In this document: piece after piece, positions 10,501 through 18,557 of the stretch
Position numbering within the stretch: position 1 is the first letter of the stretch
Layout: each line of letters opens with the position of its first letter
Origin: Candidatus Cloacimonadota bacterium
GTDB taxonomy: Bacteria; Cloacimonadota; Cloacimonadia; Cloacimonadales; TCS61
Direction: 5' to 3'
Assembly: GCA_027064945.1 (NCBI GenBank)
Contig: JAMOPB010000260.1
Span: forward strand, 1 to 43,894
DNA length: 43,894 nt
Notes under the pieces: model-generated
The model's input: the letters and a program-made list of their open reading frames with translations, nothing else
Told to the model about the DNA's origin: nothing
Databases searched by the model: none
Translations under genes and position numbers: made by a program

Positions 10501-11211
10501 CATGGAGCGCTTTATATTCCTGAAGTTGAATTGGAAGCTGGTGCGTTTCTAAGATTTTGGCATAAAATGAATGCAGGTCATCAAATTAACGAAATCTCTT
10601 GGGATGGTGGAATTGTAGAAATATCTGTCGATGGTTCTGACTTTGAACAAATTTATCCGATTGGAGGTTATCCTAATATCCTCTTGAATCTTCCTACTTC
10701 TCCTTTTGATGGTGATACCGAGTTTTATTCTGGCTTCTTTGATTGGGAAGAAGCAGAATTTGATCTTTCCGAATTTCAAGGTAATGCAATTATCAGATTT
10801 GTTTTTGGCTCAGCAAATATGCAAACTTCACTTGGCTGGTTTATCGATGATATCAGAATTGGCTCAAATGGTGAGATTAGTGATGCTGTGGATGATATGG
10901 TAGAATTACCTTTGGGAATTTCGAATTATCCAAATCCTTTCAATATTGCATCAAATAGATCTGCATCAACCAATATCAGATTTAGCGTACCGAATATTGA
11001 CGACGATAAAGCTGTAATTTCTATTTACAATTTAAAAGGACAATTGATTAAAGAGATTACAATAAAAATCCAAGCAAATAAAAGTAGCTTTTATCAGGTT
11101 GCATGGAATGGTGATGACACTAATGATAACAAAGTAAGCAGTGGTATCTATTTTTATCGATTAAAAGTTGGAGAATATTCTGCTTATAATAAAATGATGT
11201 TGATTAAATAA
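7543..11211 (+). CDS. Gingipain-like cysteine peptidase (family C25) with CARDB/Ig-like modules, a jelly-roll module and a T9SS-type C-terminal sorting domain (paralog 1)
   Basis: Signal peptide. C25 blocks YLLLFGDAEYIPTHY and ADIYYADFEDDMLTDMAFGRIPV. His-Gly in FLLMHRDHGYRQGWGDP (His codon 8926-8928) and Cys in VWTINCETAWF (8925 region; Cys codon 9025-9027). Tail NYPNPFN...ISIYNLKGQLI...VSSGIYFYRLKVG...NKMMLIK. Confidence 0.85.
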   Translation: MKYFLRTILMVLFIMLVSIVHATVNVDVLNSNQSNLKLKITSNDFQIGEKKLADGELYSKITPSLGQLLPGQPDLPQIIRWIAIPSGGKVDVSYTMNSGKINTNINIAPVQKALQDRANAPKPDFKKDNGVYNQDAFFPQEQVKIEKRFFKNGQEYALLKISPFQYNPKSQILKFNSEIDIEINFIGGRISGKVSNVAVLNKNIFSSEREDRNYLAEMMIITDTQFVESVENLAKWKRKLGIKTNIFTTQEIGDTANAIEEFIDSYCEEAETIPTYLLLFGDAEYIPTHYKTVHPYTDGNQGYTAADIYYADFEDDMLTDMAFGRIPVDTVAEADSIISRIIRYEKNPPAETSFYENAIAAAYFQEQDSGNGMAERRFAKTSEDFRNFLIEEEGYDVERIYITDYSTEPLYWNDSSYVFENDTPGGDLPEELKKPFFPWDGNASDIINSVNEGKFLLMHRDHGYRQGWGDPAFNNNNVNNINNNFKTPIVWTINCETAWFDNETDDPSCGTSNDAESFTEAWLRHETGGSVGLIGATRVSYSGNNDRLVWGLLDAIWPGFLEWAQADYPENEPIYRMGDVMNYAKEYLLTSYSWGDDVLTTSLEEFSYFGDPTMRIYTEQPEIITASHVPLVPFGTDEIIVETNMDDALVTLVYDNEIVGMAYSENGQAILQVDGLNSEGIAEITISKHNCVPYVSEIMVEAVGAYIIAELNNITENGEYIDGSIQSLDLLNFDLKLNNIGSESSQNLELILNCESGFVEILDNQAATESAALNEDIIIENAFQVELLEGIADSTYIPFEVIISDGENQWDNEFSVFVHAANLKYQDYSLEFDGDIFSPGETASLFFDIKNVGSGFAYEINSVLVSDNELVTFDGLDVIDFLAPDDVAETSQALNITLAEVFPIDSLLTVQLQMIDIAELSFQNPLYILIGVKGYDLENEPNWNHESITENYGDQWHLSDQDNVTPLGNYSYKFGDTGDGNYETLQHGALYIPEVELEAGAFLRFWHKMNAGHQINEISWDGGIVEISVDGSDFEQIYPIGGYPNILLNLPTSPFDGDTEFYSGFFDWEEAEFDLSEFQGNAIIRFVFGSANMQTSLGWFIDDIRIGSNGEISDAVDDMVELPLGISNYPNPFNIASNRSASTNIRFSVPNIDDDKAVISIYNLKGQLIKEITIKIQANKSSFYQVAWNGDDTNDNKVSSGIYFYRLKVGEYSAYNKMMLIK

Positions 11212-11236
11212 TATTCAATCAATAATAAGTTAAATT

Positions 11237-11265
11237 AAAAGGCGACCGATAGATGGTCGCCTTTT
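11237..11265 (+). terminator. Rho-independent terminator after C25 paralog 1
   Basis: AAAAGGCGACC-GATAGAT-GGTCGCCTTTT: GC-rich 7-bp stem extended by A/T pairs, with a T-run. Confidence 0.8.
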
Positions 11266-11652
11266 GAAGTGTAAAATCCCAAATGTTATTGGTGTAGATT
11301 GTTGCTGCTTGCTATTATCTGAGTATTTCTTATAGTTCTATTCTTAACTTTTCTTAAATCAATTTACTCGTTTCTTGATAAATTCAATATTGTAAATTGT
11401 TACTAAAAAAATGTAACGATTATAGCTTTTTCATTTATTAGTATTGTAAACAATAATAACAATTAGTAAACAAAGTATAATTTGCGATTAAAATTTAACT
11501 GATAAGTATAAGTACAGAATTATTAAATAGAAAGATAATTGTAAAAGAAAAGATTTTCGTAAGAAATATGACAAAAAAAATATTGGATGATTAAAAATAA
11601 ACTAATGAATAGACAATGATAAGTGCTTTAATTAAAAGGGGGAAATAAGGAG

Positions 11653-11670
11653 TCGTTATAAATATAACGA
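11653..11670. promoter_or_regulatory. Perfect 8-2-8 palindrome TCGTTATA-AA-TATAACGA upstream of the pilA promoter; candidate activator (enhancer-binding protein) site
   Basis: Read directly. It lies about 50 nt upstream of the GG element at 11720. The half-site-containing motif TAACGATTA also occurs at 11414-11422. Confidence 0.4.
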
Positions 11671-11718
11671 TTAGTAAGAGATATAATTAATTATTTTTAT
11701 CTTGTTAATCTGATTCTT

Positions 11719-11734
11719 CGGAACAATTATTGCA
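11719..11734 (+). promoter_or_regulatory. Candidate sigma-54 (-24/-12) promoter of the pilin operon
   Basis: CGGAACAATTATTGCA versus consensus TGGCACG-N4-TTGCW. It has GG (11720-21) and GC (11732-33) with the exact 10-nt spacing and a full TTGCA -12 element. It lies about 50 nt upstream of the pilA ATG, and an NtrC-type activator is encoded 5 kb upstream. Confidence 0.6.
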
Positions 11735-11784
11735 AAAGTAATGGAAACTAAAAAAGTTTTTTCAAAATCAAGGAGGAAAAAGTA

Positions 11785-12216
11785 ATGTTGAAAAACTTAA
11801 AAAATCAGAAAGGGTTTAGTCTTGTTGAATTATTGGTAGTGGTAGTAATTATTGCCATATTGGCAGCTATCGCTGTTCCTATTTACATGAGTTATGTAAA
11901 GCAGGCAAGAGCAACCGAGGCACAATCAGCTATCGCAGCAATTAGAAGCGCTTATAGAATTGAGCGTCAAACTTTTGGAACTGTAGAAAACTACACAATT
12001 GAAGATGCATTAAAAGATGCAAAACTTGGTAATCGTACAGAAAAGAACTGGGAATTTGAAGTTATCGGAAACCCACCAAGAACTTACATGGCTACTTCTA
12101 CTGCCGAATTCCCGGGTGGAGAAGGAAAACAGGTGTGGTATGATGTAGAAGCTGCTGAATATCACGGTTATGGTATTGATGAAGATGAACAAGATACAGA
12201 GGAAATTATTGATTAA
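11785..12216 (+). CDS. pilA: Type IVa major pilin (prepilin with class III signal peptide)
   Basis: MLKNLKNQKG|FSLVELLVVVVIIAILAAIAVP: short basic leader, Gly-1, Phe+1, Glu+5, hydrophobic alpha1-N. Strong RBS AAGGAGG. First gene after the sigma-54 promoter candidate. Confidence 0.9.
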   Translation: MLKNLKNQKGFSLVELLVVVVIIAILAAIAVPIYMSYVKQARATEAQSAIAAIRSAYRIERQTFGTVENYTIEDALKDAKLGNRTEKNWEFEVIGNPPRTYMATSTAEFPGGEGKQVWYDVEAAEYHGYGIDEDEQDTEEIID

Positions 12217-12233
12217 TAGTTGGAGGATTTTTT

Positions 12234-13289
12234 TTGACTATACGCGAACTACTTGAATTTACGGCAGCTGCCAATGCATCTGACTTGCATATTAGTACTG
12301 GATCTACTCCAATGCTTCGTGTGCACGGTCAAATGAAAAAATTGAACCTGCCTAAATCTTCATATGAAGAAGTTAAAGGTCTAATTTATAGTACCATGAA
12401 CGAGTCACAAATTGCTCTGTTCGAGGAAAAACTGGAAATTGACTTTTCAACAAAATTGGATGATGATACTCGTTTCCGTGTAAATGCTTTTCACCAAATC
12501 AATGGTATGGGTGTGGCTTTTCGTCTTATTCCAAATGAGATTAAAAGTTTCGAAGAATTACACCTTCCTGAAATTCTTAGTCGCTTAGCGATGAAAGAAA
12601 ATGGTTTGATTTTGGTGACTGGGCCTACCGGTAGCGGTAAATCAACTACACTGGCAACAATGATTGATCATATTAATGATTCTCGTCATTGCCATATACT
12701 TACAATCGAGGACCCTATCGAATTCGTACATAAAAGTAAGAATTCTTTAATCAACCAACGTGAAATCGGGCATGATTCATGGTCATTTACTGCAGCGCTA
12801 CGTTCTGCTTTACGTGAAGACCCCGATGTAATCTTGGTTGGTGAGATGCGTGACCTTGAAACTGTAAGTTTGGCATTAACTGCTGCTGAAACCGGACACT
12901 TGGTTTTGGCAACATTGCACACAAGTAGTGCAACAAAATCTATCGATAGAATCATCGATATGTTCCCTCGTGAACAGCAAGCTCAGGTTAGATCTATGCT
13001 TTCCGAATCTTTACGTGCTGTTGTAGCTCAGAAGCTATTACCTCGTAAGGATGGAGAAGGTCGTATTCCTGCATTGGAAATTATGATAGCTAACTCTGCT
13101 GTTAAAAACCTGATTCGTGAGGAAAAAACTTATCAGATACCTTCTGTTATCCAAGCTGGAACAAAAGAAGGTATGCAATCTATTGATCAATCTTTGTATA
13201 ACCATGTAATGAATGGTCTTTTGGATCGTCGTGTTGCTGAAGAAGTGGCAGACAATCCTAAGATGTTTATAACAGGGACGGCATTTTAA
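12234..13289 (+). CDS. pilT: Type IV pilus retraction ATPase PilT
   Basis: About 350 aa with PilT-like sequence throughout. N-terminus MTIRELLEFTAAANASDLHISTGSTPMLRVHG, Walker A GPTGSGKSTT, ILTIEDPIEF, LREDPDVILVGEMRD, AAETGHLVLATLHT, and the PilT-type AIRNLIRE-like motif SAVKNLIRE. TTG start 7 nt after GGAGG. Confidence 0.95.
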   Translation: MTIRELLEFTAAANASDLHISTGSTPMLRVHGQMKKLNLPKSSYEEVKGLIYSTMNESQIALFEEKLEIDFSTKLDDDTRFRVNAFHQINGMGVAFRLIPNEIKSFEELHLPEILSRLAMKENGLILVTGPTGSGKSTTLATMIDHINDSRHCHILTIEDPIEFVHKSKNSLINQREIGHDSWSFTAALRSALREDPDVILVGEMRDLETVSLALTAAETGHLVLATLHTSSATKSIDRIIDMFPREQQAQVRSMLSESLRAVVAQKLLPRKDGEGRIPALEIMIANSAVKNLIREEKTYQIPSVIQAGTKEGMQSIDQSLYNHVMNGLLDRRVAEEVADNPKMFITGTAF

Positions 13290-13774
13290 TGTTAAAAAAT
13301 AAATTTGATTCCGAAGCTGGCTTTGGGATTATCCAAGTTTTGGCAACTCTTGTTATTGCTAGTGTTGCCATTGCTGGACTATTTGTAACAAGTTATTATG
13401 TAAGACAAAAAGCAACTGAAAATTACCATACTAGAGTGGCGATATTACATGCTACCGAAGTTTTGGAAAAGATTAGATGGTTCAACAGAAATAACGAAGG
13501 ACCTGTGGATGTTACCCATATTCCCGGTTTGGCCGGTAATGTTGTTATCGAAAATCGCGATAACCATAATCTTATGGGCATAATTCAAAATCCTCACGTT
13601 TCTTATGGACAAGTTGATCTTATGGTTGCTCCCTATTGTATATATGATGCTGTTACAGTTGAAGTTACCTGGATTGAAGGTGCTGAAGATTCTTATGGCG
13701 AAACTGATAATAAAAGACGCTCTGTAGTTTTACGAGAAGATTATTATCGTAGAGCTGATATTGGAGGTGAATAA
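13289..13774 (+). CDS. Pilin-like (minor pilin/pseudopilin) protein with a degenerate class III signal
   Basis: DSEAG|FGIIQVLATLVIASVAIAGLFV: Gly-Phe junction plus hydrophobic helix, but Gln instead of Glu at +5. TAATG overlap with pilT. Confidence 0.55.
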   Translation: MLKNKFDSEAGFGIIQVLATLVIASVAIAGLFVTSYYVRQKATENYHTRVAILHATEVLEKIRWFNRNNEGPVDVTHIPGLAGNVVIENRDNHNLMGIIQNPHVSYGQVDLMVAPYCIYDAVTVEVTWIEGAEDSYGETDNKRRSVVLREDYYRRADIGGE

Positions 13775-14412
13775 TGGTTAAGAATCAAAAAGGTGTATCC
13801 TTAGTTGAACTTATCGCTGCAATCCCTCTTACAGTTCTGGTTTTTGTCATCCTTACAATGGCTGTTTCAAGTTTTGTAACAACTTATAAGGAAACCAGGC
13901 TTTATTTGCAATTGCAAGATGAACTTTACAATATGGTAGATCTAATACGTCACGGCTATATTGATGAGGATATCGAAGCAAGCGAAGGACTAATAGGGCT
14001 GATGACTGCAAATAAAGTGGAAATTAGTGGAGGCAGAAATATCATGACATTGCGACCTGTAATAATTGCTGAAGGTTTACCTGATGCATATAAAACTACT
14101 TTCTACGCTGATAGCGATGGGAGATTACTTGTTAGTGGTCAATATGGATTGAATAGTTTCCAGGAAACTCAAATATTCCCAAGTAGCAATATGAGAATTG
14201 GGCGTGAATTACAATTTCGATTAATCGATCAAGATGTTTTCACAGTTACCAAAAGAACTACTCATGGGCCTATTATGGTTAAATTACACTTCAAAGGACA
14301 AGTTCGCTTCCGAGAAAAAGAGCTAGGACAAAATCCTCTTGAAGATAAGAAATTGAATACAAGGATTGTTGAGTATAATACATCAGTCTTTGTTGGAAAC
14401 ACAAAAGGTTAG
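13774..14412 (+). CDS. Minor pilin with a canonical prepilin N-terminal cleavage/methylation motif
   Basis: MVKNQKG|VSLVELIAAIPLTVLVFVILTMAV (Glu at +5). TAATG overlap with the preceding gene. Confidence 0.75.
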   Translation: MVKNQKGVSLVELIAAIPLTVLVFVILTMAVSSFVTTYKETRLYLQLQDELYNMVDLIRHGYIDEDIEASEGLIGLMTANKVEISGGRNIMTLRPVIIAEGLPDAYKTTFYADSDGRLLVSGQYGLNSFQETQIFPSSNMRIGRELQFRLIDQDVFTVTKRTTHGPIMVKLHFKGQVRFREKELGQNPLEDKKLNTRIVEYNTSVFVGNTKG

Positions 14413-14423
14413 AAGGAGTAAAT

Positions 14424-16832
14424 ATGTTTAAAAAAATCAAAAAGCTTCTTCTTAACAAAAATTTGGAAAATGAAAAAGGTTCTATTGCCGCAATGGTAGT
14501 CGGTATTATAATTGTTTCGATAACACTTGCATCTAGTATCTCATTAATCGAAATGGTTAATTCAGATTCATTAATATTGGAATATCAGCAAGATGCTGTT
14601 CAGGAAGAATTGCTTTTGCGATCAGAAGCAGCAAGAACGCATATGGCTGTTGAATATAATGAAATGAGACCGATTCCAAATCGAGAAGTAGAAATCATAT
14701 CCAATAGTAATGATCGTAGAACTGTTTATAAAATAGAAAACAGTAAAGAGAATATATTTGTGAATAATTATATGGGATATGCTACTAAAAAGGTAGTTTC
14801 AATAAAATCTCATATAACTGCAAGACGCGGAAGATCTTATCAATTACATGATAAATCTCCGGTAGAGAGATTGTCAGAGAAACTTATATCGCATGAATCA
14901 TTAGCAGAATTTCAATATTTTACCGATGTTGAAGCATCTGAAAATGCTGATGGTGGACAAGAAGCTGCTGCTGTGAAGTTTTATGGTAAAGATGTTCTTT
15001 ACGGTAAGGTTCATAGTAATGATGATATATGGATTCAACAAGCCGGCGGTGGTAACAATAATGGTTGGCCAACATTCTATGAAATGGTTACAACTTCAGG
15101 TAAATTTAAGAGATATCCGTCAGGAGAAGATTTGATCGGTAGTGGTGTATCGACTGATGAAATATTCGTTGGTGGCTTTGAAGAAGAAGTTCCACCGATT
15201 GTATTTTCTGCAACTATGACAGATATTAGGGATAATGCAGATAAATTTTTTGGCAATACATCCACATCCGATATCGGGTTTGTTTATCTTAACGGTGGTT
15301 CTTATCAGGGCTTAATCGGAGATAAATATTTAGTTGATATTATGGAATTTCCTGTGTACAGTTGGTATCCTTCTGATGCGGGAATGGTTCAGAATGCTAT
15401 TAATGACGGTGTGAATTGGTTTGAAGATAGTGAGTTAATATGGACAAATTCAATCGCTATTTATGATACTGTCTGGACTCCACGTTCCGGTGCTGTGAAT
15501 AATAATTCTGTCTTTGTAGATGGAAAACTTTATATTTATGGAAGGCCGGGCGGGAAACAAACATGGGGTGCTTCTGATACTGTGTTTGTAGTAAGCGACA
15601 TTGTTTATTATACAAATGAATTGGGAGATTTTCCTGACGGCTATGCAGGTTTAGACGAGGAAGGTGAACCTCAATATGATCTTGATGAAGTTAATCCAAC
15701 TGATTTCTTCGGATTAGTATCAGAAGAGGATATTTTAATTGCATATAAATATAAAAATCCTGAAACCGGAGAGATTATTGATCATAATTGCGATGGAATA
15801 TATCTTTACGGAGCTTTTGCTGCAATAGGAAAAGGTGATGAGGATATTCACGCGGAAATGGCGTGTCATCATGATGGTATATTCTCCTTTGAATATCATC
15901 ATCCAGCCGGATCAACACCAAATTTCCATAGTATAAGTCCATATTTAATGGAGACATACACGCTTAAAATGATTGATAGCTCTGCTAATGGTTGGGAGAA
16001 TGCTACAATCGACTTGTATGTAAACGGAGAACTTCGAGAAGAAGATTTAACTTGTACTGGAAGTGAAACTGATGTTGATTTTAATCTCGAACATATGGAT
16101 ATATTAGACCTTATCTACACTCCGGGCGATGCCGGACATGAGAATGAACATAGTTATCAAATTGTAGATTCAGATGGGAATATTGTAGTTGCCGAAGGTC
16201 CTAATCCGGCACAAGCAGCTAATTTTCAATGTGTTGTGACTGAGTTTTCAGATACTCTTTATACATACATCGATCTACATAAATATGTTTATCCTCCAAA
16301 TCCACTTCTGCCTGAAGAGCACCAAGGCTTTAACTTACAAAGTAATGGATTAGCCGGTGGCGGGTATCCGTATGGTTTGGTTGGATATCCTTTTGAATCA
16401 TCTTTAATCCCAACAGCATATGTGAATTCCTACCCGAATGCGGGACCAAATTTTGTTTATCCCGATGGGACAGATATTCCTTGGTATAATCCGATTTGGC
16501 CGGAACCATCTACATCTGTTGGTGAGGATGTTTTCTATTATGATGGAAGAAATGCTCGTATTTATGGAGCTATAGCACAAAGACGTCGTGGATTTATACG
16601 TCGCTCAGGTACTGACCCATATAATCATCCTAATCCGCTCGATACAGATGAAAAGCTATATCATTATGGTAGAACGCATGATCCTACAGGATATGATAAA
16701 GAATATTATTACGACAGGCGATTTTTATTTGAACAACCACCTGATTACCCCGAAATATACCGTGGTTGGGGATCAAATGATATTACATCATTTACTTCAC
16801 AAACCTGGTATTTCAAACCAATTGGTGATTAG
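14424..16832 (+). CDS. Large (802 aa) PilX_N-type pilin-like protein; candidate pilus tip or priming-complex component, function unknown
   Basis: N-terminus NLENEKG|SIAAMVVGIIIVSITLASS resembles the PilX N-terminal (ERGSxLxxALxxL) type of anchor. The rest has no motif I recognise. The C-terminal third is very rich in Tyr/Pro/Asp/Gly/Asn. It sits between the minor pilins and pilM. Confidence 0.5.
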   Translation: MFKKIKKLLLNKNLENEKGSIAAMVVGIIIVSITLASSISLIEMVNSDSLILEYQQDAVQEELLLRSEAARTHMAVEYNEMRPIPNREVEIISNSNDRRTVYKIENSKENIFVNNYMGYATKKVVSIKSHITARRGRSYQLHDKSPVERLSEKLISHESLAEFQYFTDVEASENADGGQEAAAVKFYGKDVLYGKVHSNDDIWIQQAGGGNNNGWPTFYEMVTTSGKFKRYPSGEDLIGSGVSTDEIFVGGFEEEVPPIVFSATMTDIRDNADKFFGNTSTSDIGFVYLNGGSYQGLIGDKYLVDIMEFPVYSWYPSDAGMVQNAINDGVNWFEDSELIWTNSIAIYDTVWTPRSGAVNNNSVFVDGKLYIYGRPGGKQTWGASDTVFVVSDIVYYTNELGDFPDGYAGLDEEGEPQYDLDEVNPTDFFGLVSEEDILIAYKYKNPETGEIIDHNCDGIYLYGAFAAIGKGDEDIHAEMACHHDGIFSFEYHHPAGSTPNFHSISPYLMETYTLKMIDSSANGWENATIDLYVNGELREEDLTCTGSETDVDFNLEHMDILDLIYTPGDAGHENEHSYQIVDSDGNIVVAEGPNPAQAANFQCVVTEFSDTLYTYIDLHKYVYPPNPLLPEEHQGFNLQSNGLAGGGYPYGLVGYPFESSLIPTAYVNSYPNAGPNFVYPDGTDIPWYNPIWPEPSTSVGEDVFYYDGRNARIYGAIAQRRRGFIRRSGTDPYNHPNPLDTDEKLYHYGRTHDPTGYDKEYYYDRRFLFEQPPDYPEIYRGWGSNDITSFTSQTWYFKPIGD

Positions 16833-16888
16833 TTTCATATAACCCGTGAATATAGAAATTTTAGTTAAAAAGATAAACGAGAGGTAAT

Positions 16889-17959
16889 ATGGCGAAAAAG
16901 AAAGCTAAAAAGTTTAAAGAGTCTATTGGTTTAGATATTGGTAACCATAGCATTAAATTGGTTCACCTTAAAAAAATACACCAAGGCTATAAACTTTTGA
17001 ATTATGAAGTAAGATCAACAATTCCCGAAGGACATGAATCAAGTCTTTCAGATCTTTCTTCAGATAGATTTGCGCCGATTTTATCCGGAATGCTGAAGTC
17101 GATGAAAATTAATCCAAAGAAGGTAAAACATTTAGTTTCTTCTATTGGAGGCGACGATACAAGTATCAAGCAAATTAAAACAATTTTCTTGCCGGATGAT
17201 GAATTAGAATCAGCGCTTTTCTTCGAAGCAAAAAAGCACCTTCCTATTGGCGGTGCTGAAATGCTCCTGGATTTCCAAGTTGTAAGTGTGGAAGAAAAGA
17301 CTAATAATATGAATGTATTATTGGCAGCTACCACTAAAACAATGCTTAAAGAACATACAAGAATATTATCTAATGCCGGCATGGAAGCAGGTATTGTAGA
17401 TATGGAATCTTTAGCGGTAGCTAATAGCTATTTCCTAAATAATGCTTTGGAAGATGGCGTTTATATTCTTCTAAATATTGGAGCATATAAGACTAATATG
17501 GTGATTTGTGGACCTAATGTGAAAATCTTCGCACGTGATATTGGTTACGGTGGATTCCACATCTCTAAAGATATTGCTAAGAAAAATAAAGTTTCTTTTG
17601 AAGAAGCTGAGAAAATCAAATTTGAATATGGTATAAAGGAAGTTGCCAAGAAAGCAGAAACAAGTTCTTTGCTTACATTGGATATCTCCGACAAAACCCC
17701 TGCAGAGCAAATAGCAATGGAAGTGAAACGTTCATTAAGATTTTATGTGAAAGAAGCTGGTACAAGCGATTTCCGTAAAATAGTTTTAATGGGTGGATCA
17801 GCCAAAACAATTGGTTTAGCAGAGTATATTTCAGAGCAACTCAATATTCCAACTGAAGTATTTAATCCATTTGAAAGTATCGAGACTAGCGGTAGTTTCA
17901 GTGACATAAAAGATCCGCAATATGCTGTAGCTCTGGGTCTTGCTATGCGTCCGGAATAA
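16889..17959 (+). CDS. pilM: Type IV pilus assembly protein PilM (actin-like ATPase fold)
   Basis: IGLDIGNHSIKLVHLKK N-terminal phosphate-1-like motif, about 355 aa, VLMGGSAKTIGLAEYISEQLNIPTEVFNPF near the C-terminus. Followed by pilN/O/P/Q-like genes. Confidence 0.85.
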   Translation: MAKKKAKKFKESIGLDIGNHSIKLVHLKKIHQGYKLLNYEVRSTIPEGHESSLSDLSSDRFAPILSGMLKSMKINPKKVKHLVSSIGGDDTSIKQIKTIFLPDDELESALFFEAKKHLPIGGAEMLLDFQVVSVEEKTNNMNVLLAATTKTMLKEHTRILSNAGMEAGIVDMESLAVANSYFLNNALEDGVYILLNIGAYKTNMVICGPNVKIFARDIGYGGFHISKDIAKKNKVSFEEAEKIKFEYGIKEVAKKAETSSLLTLDISDKTPAEQIAMEVKRSLRFYVKEAGTSDFRKIVLMGGSAKTIGLAEYISEQLNIPTEVFNPFESIETSGSFSDIKDPQYAVALGLAMRPE

Positions 17960-17969
17960 GGGAGTTTTT

Positions 17970-18557
17970 ATGAGTCAATTTTTTTATAAAATTAATTTAA
18001 ATAAATACGGTGAGCTTAAACAGCAAATCGAACGACAAAAGAAAGATTTTTTGAATATATCTATTACATTCTTAATAATTACAGCTGTTATGGTTGGTGG
18101 ATTATTTATGTTGAATGGAATGTTGAAACAGAAAATCCAATCGCGTCGTGAATTGCTCGCTAAGATCAAAAAAGAGATTAAATCTTATCAAGTAAGCGGA
18201 GAATATCTTTCTTCAAATGACTTAAATAGAATCGCAAAAGTAAGTTCGGAACGTATATTCTGGGCAAAAAAATTAGTAGCTCTTTCTGAAAAGACTACCG
18301 ATAAAATTGCGATAACTCATTTTGCTTATAAGAATGGTAAATTAAGCCTTTTTGGAATTACAAAATTGGACAAGAATGAGAAAGAATTTGATCTAATTGA
18401 TGAATTTATTAAGAATTTGAAATCTAATGAACATATTAGTTCTGATTTCCCAAATATTAGTTTTGTGAAGTCTTCTACTGATTATGAAAAAGATGTTGAA
18501 ATTCTTAGATTCCAGATAGATGCAACTGTAAAAGATGAGCCAAAGAGGAGGAAATAA
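17970..18557 (+). CDS. pilN: PilN-like pilus assembly protein (bitopic)
   Basis: N-terminal FYKINLNKY resembles the PilM-binding INLLP motif. It has a single TM (ITFLIITAVMVGGLFML) then a coiled coil. ATG 17970 follows GGGAG and avoids overlap with pilM, unlike the listed 17940 start. Confidence 0.65.
   Translation: MSQFFYKINLNKYGELKQQIERQKKDFLNISITFLIITAVMVGGLFMLNGMLKQKIQSRRELLAKIKKEIKSYQVSGEYLSSNDLNRIAKVSSERIFWAKKLVALSEKTTDKIAITHFAYKNGKLSLFGITKLDKNEKEFDLIDEFIKNLKSNEHISSDFPNISFVKSSTDYEKDVEILRFQIDATVKDEPKRRK

Noticed and set aside
7543-11211. C25 paralog 1 as the T9SS sortase PorU (similar size, intact His/Cys, retained CTD)
   Set aside because: No porV-like gene is adjacent, and nothing in the sequence distinguishes PorU from other C25 proteins by eye. 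It has CARDB/jelly-roll modules like the other cargo-type paralogs. It stays a generic C25 call pending a PorU-specific HMM.
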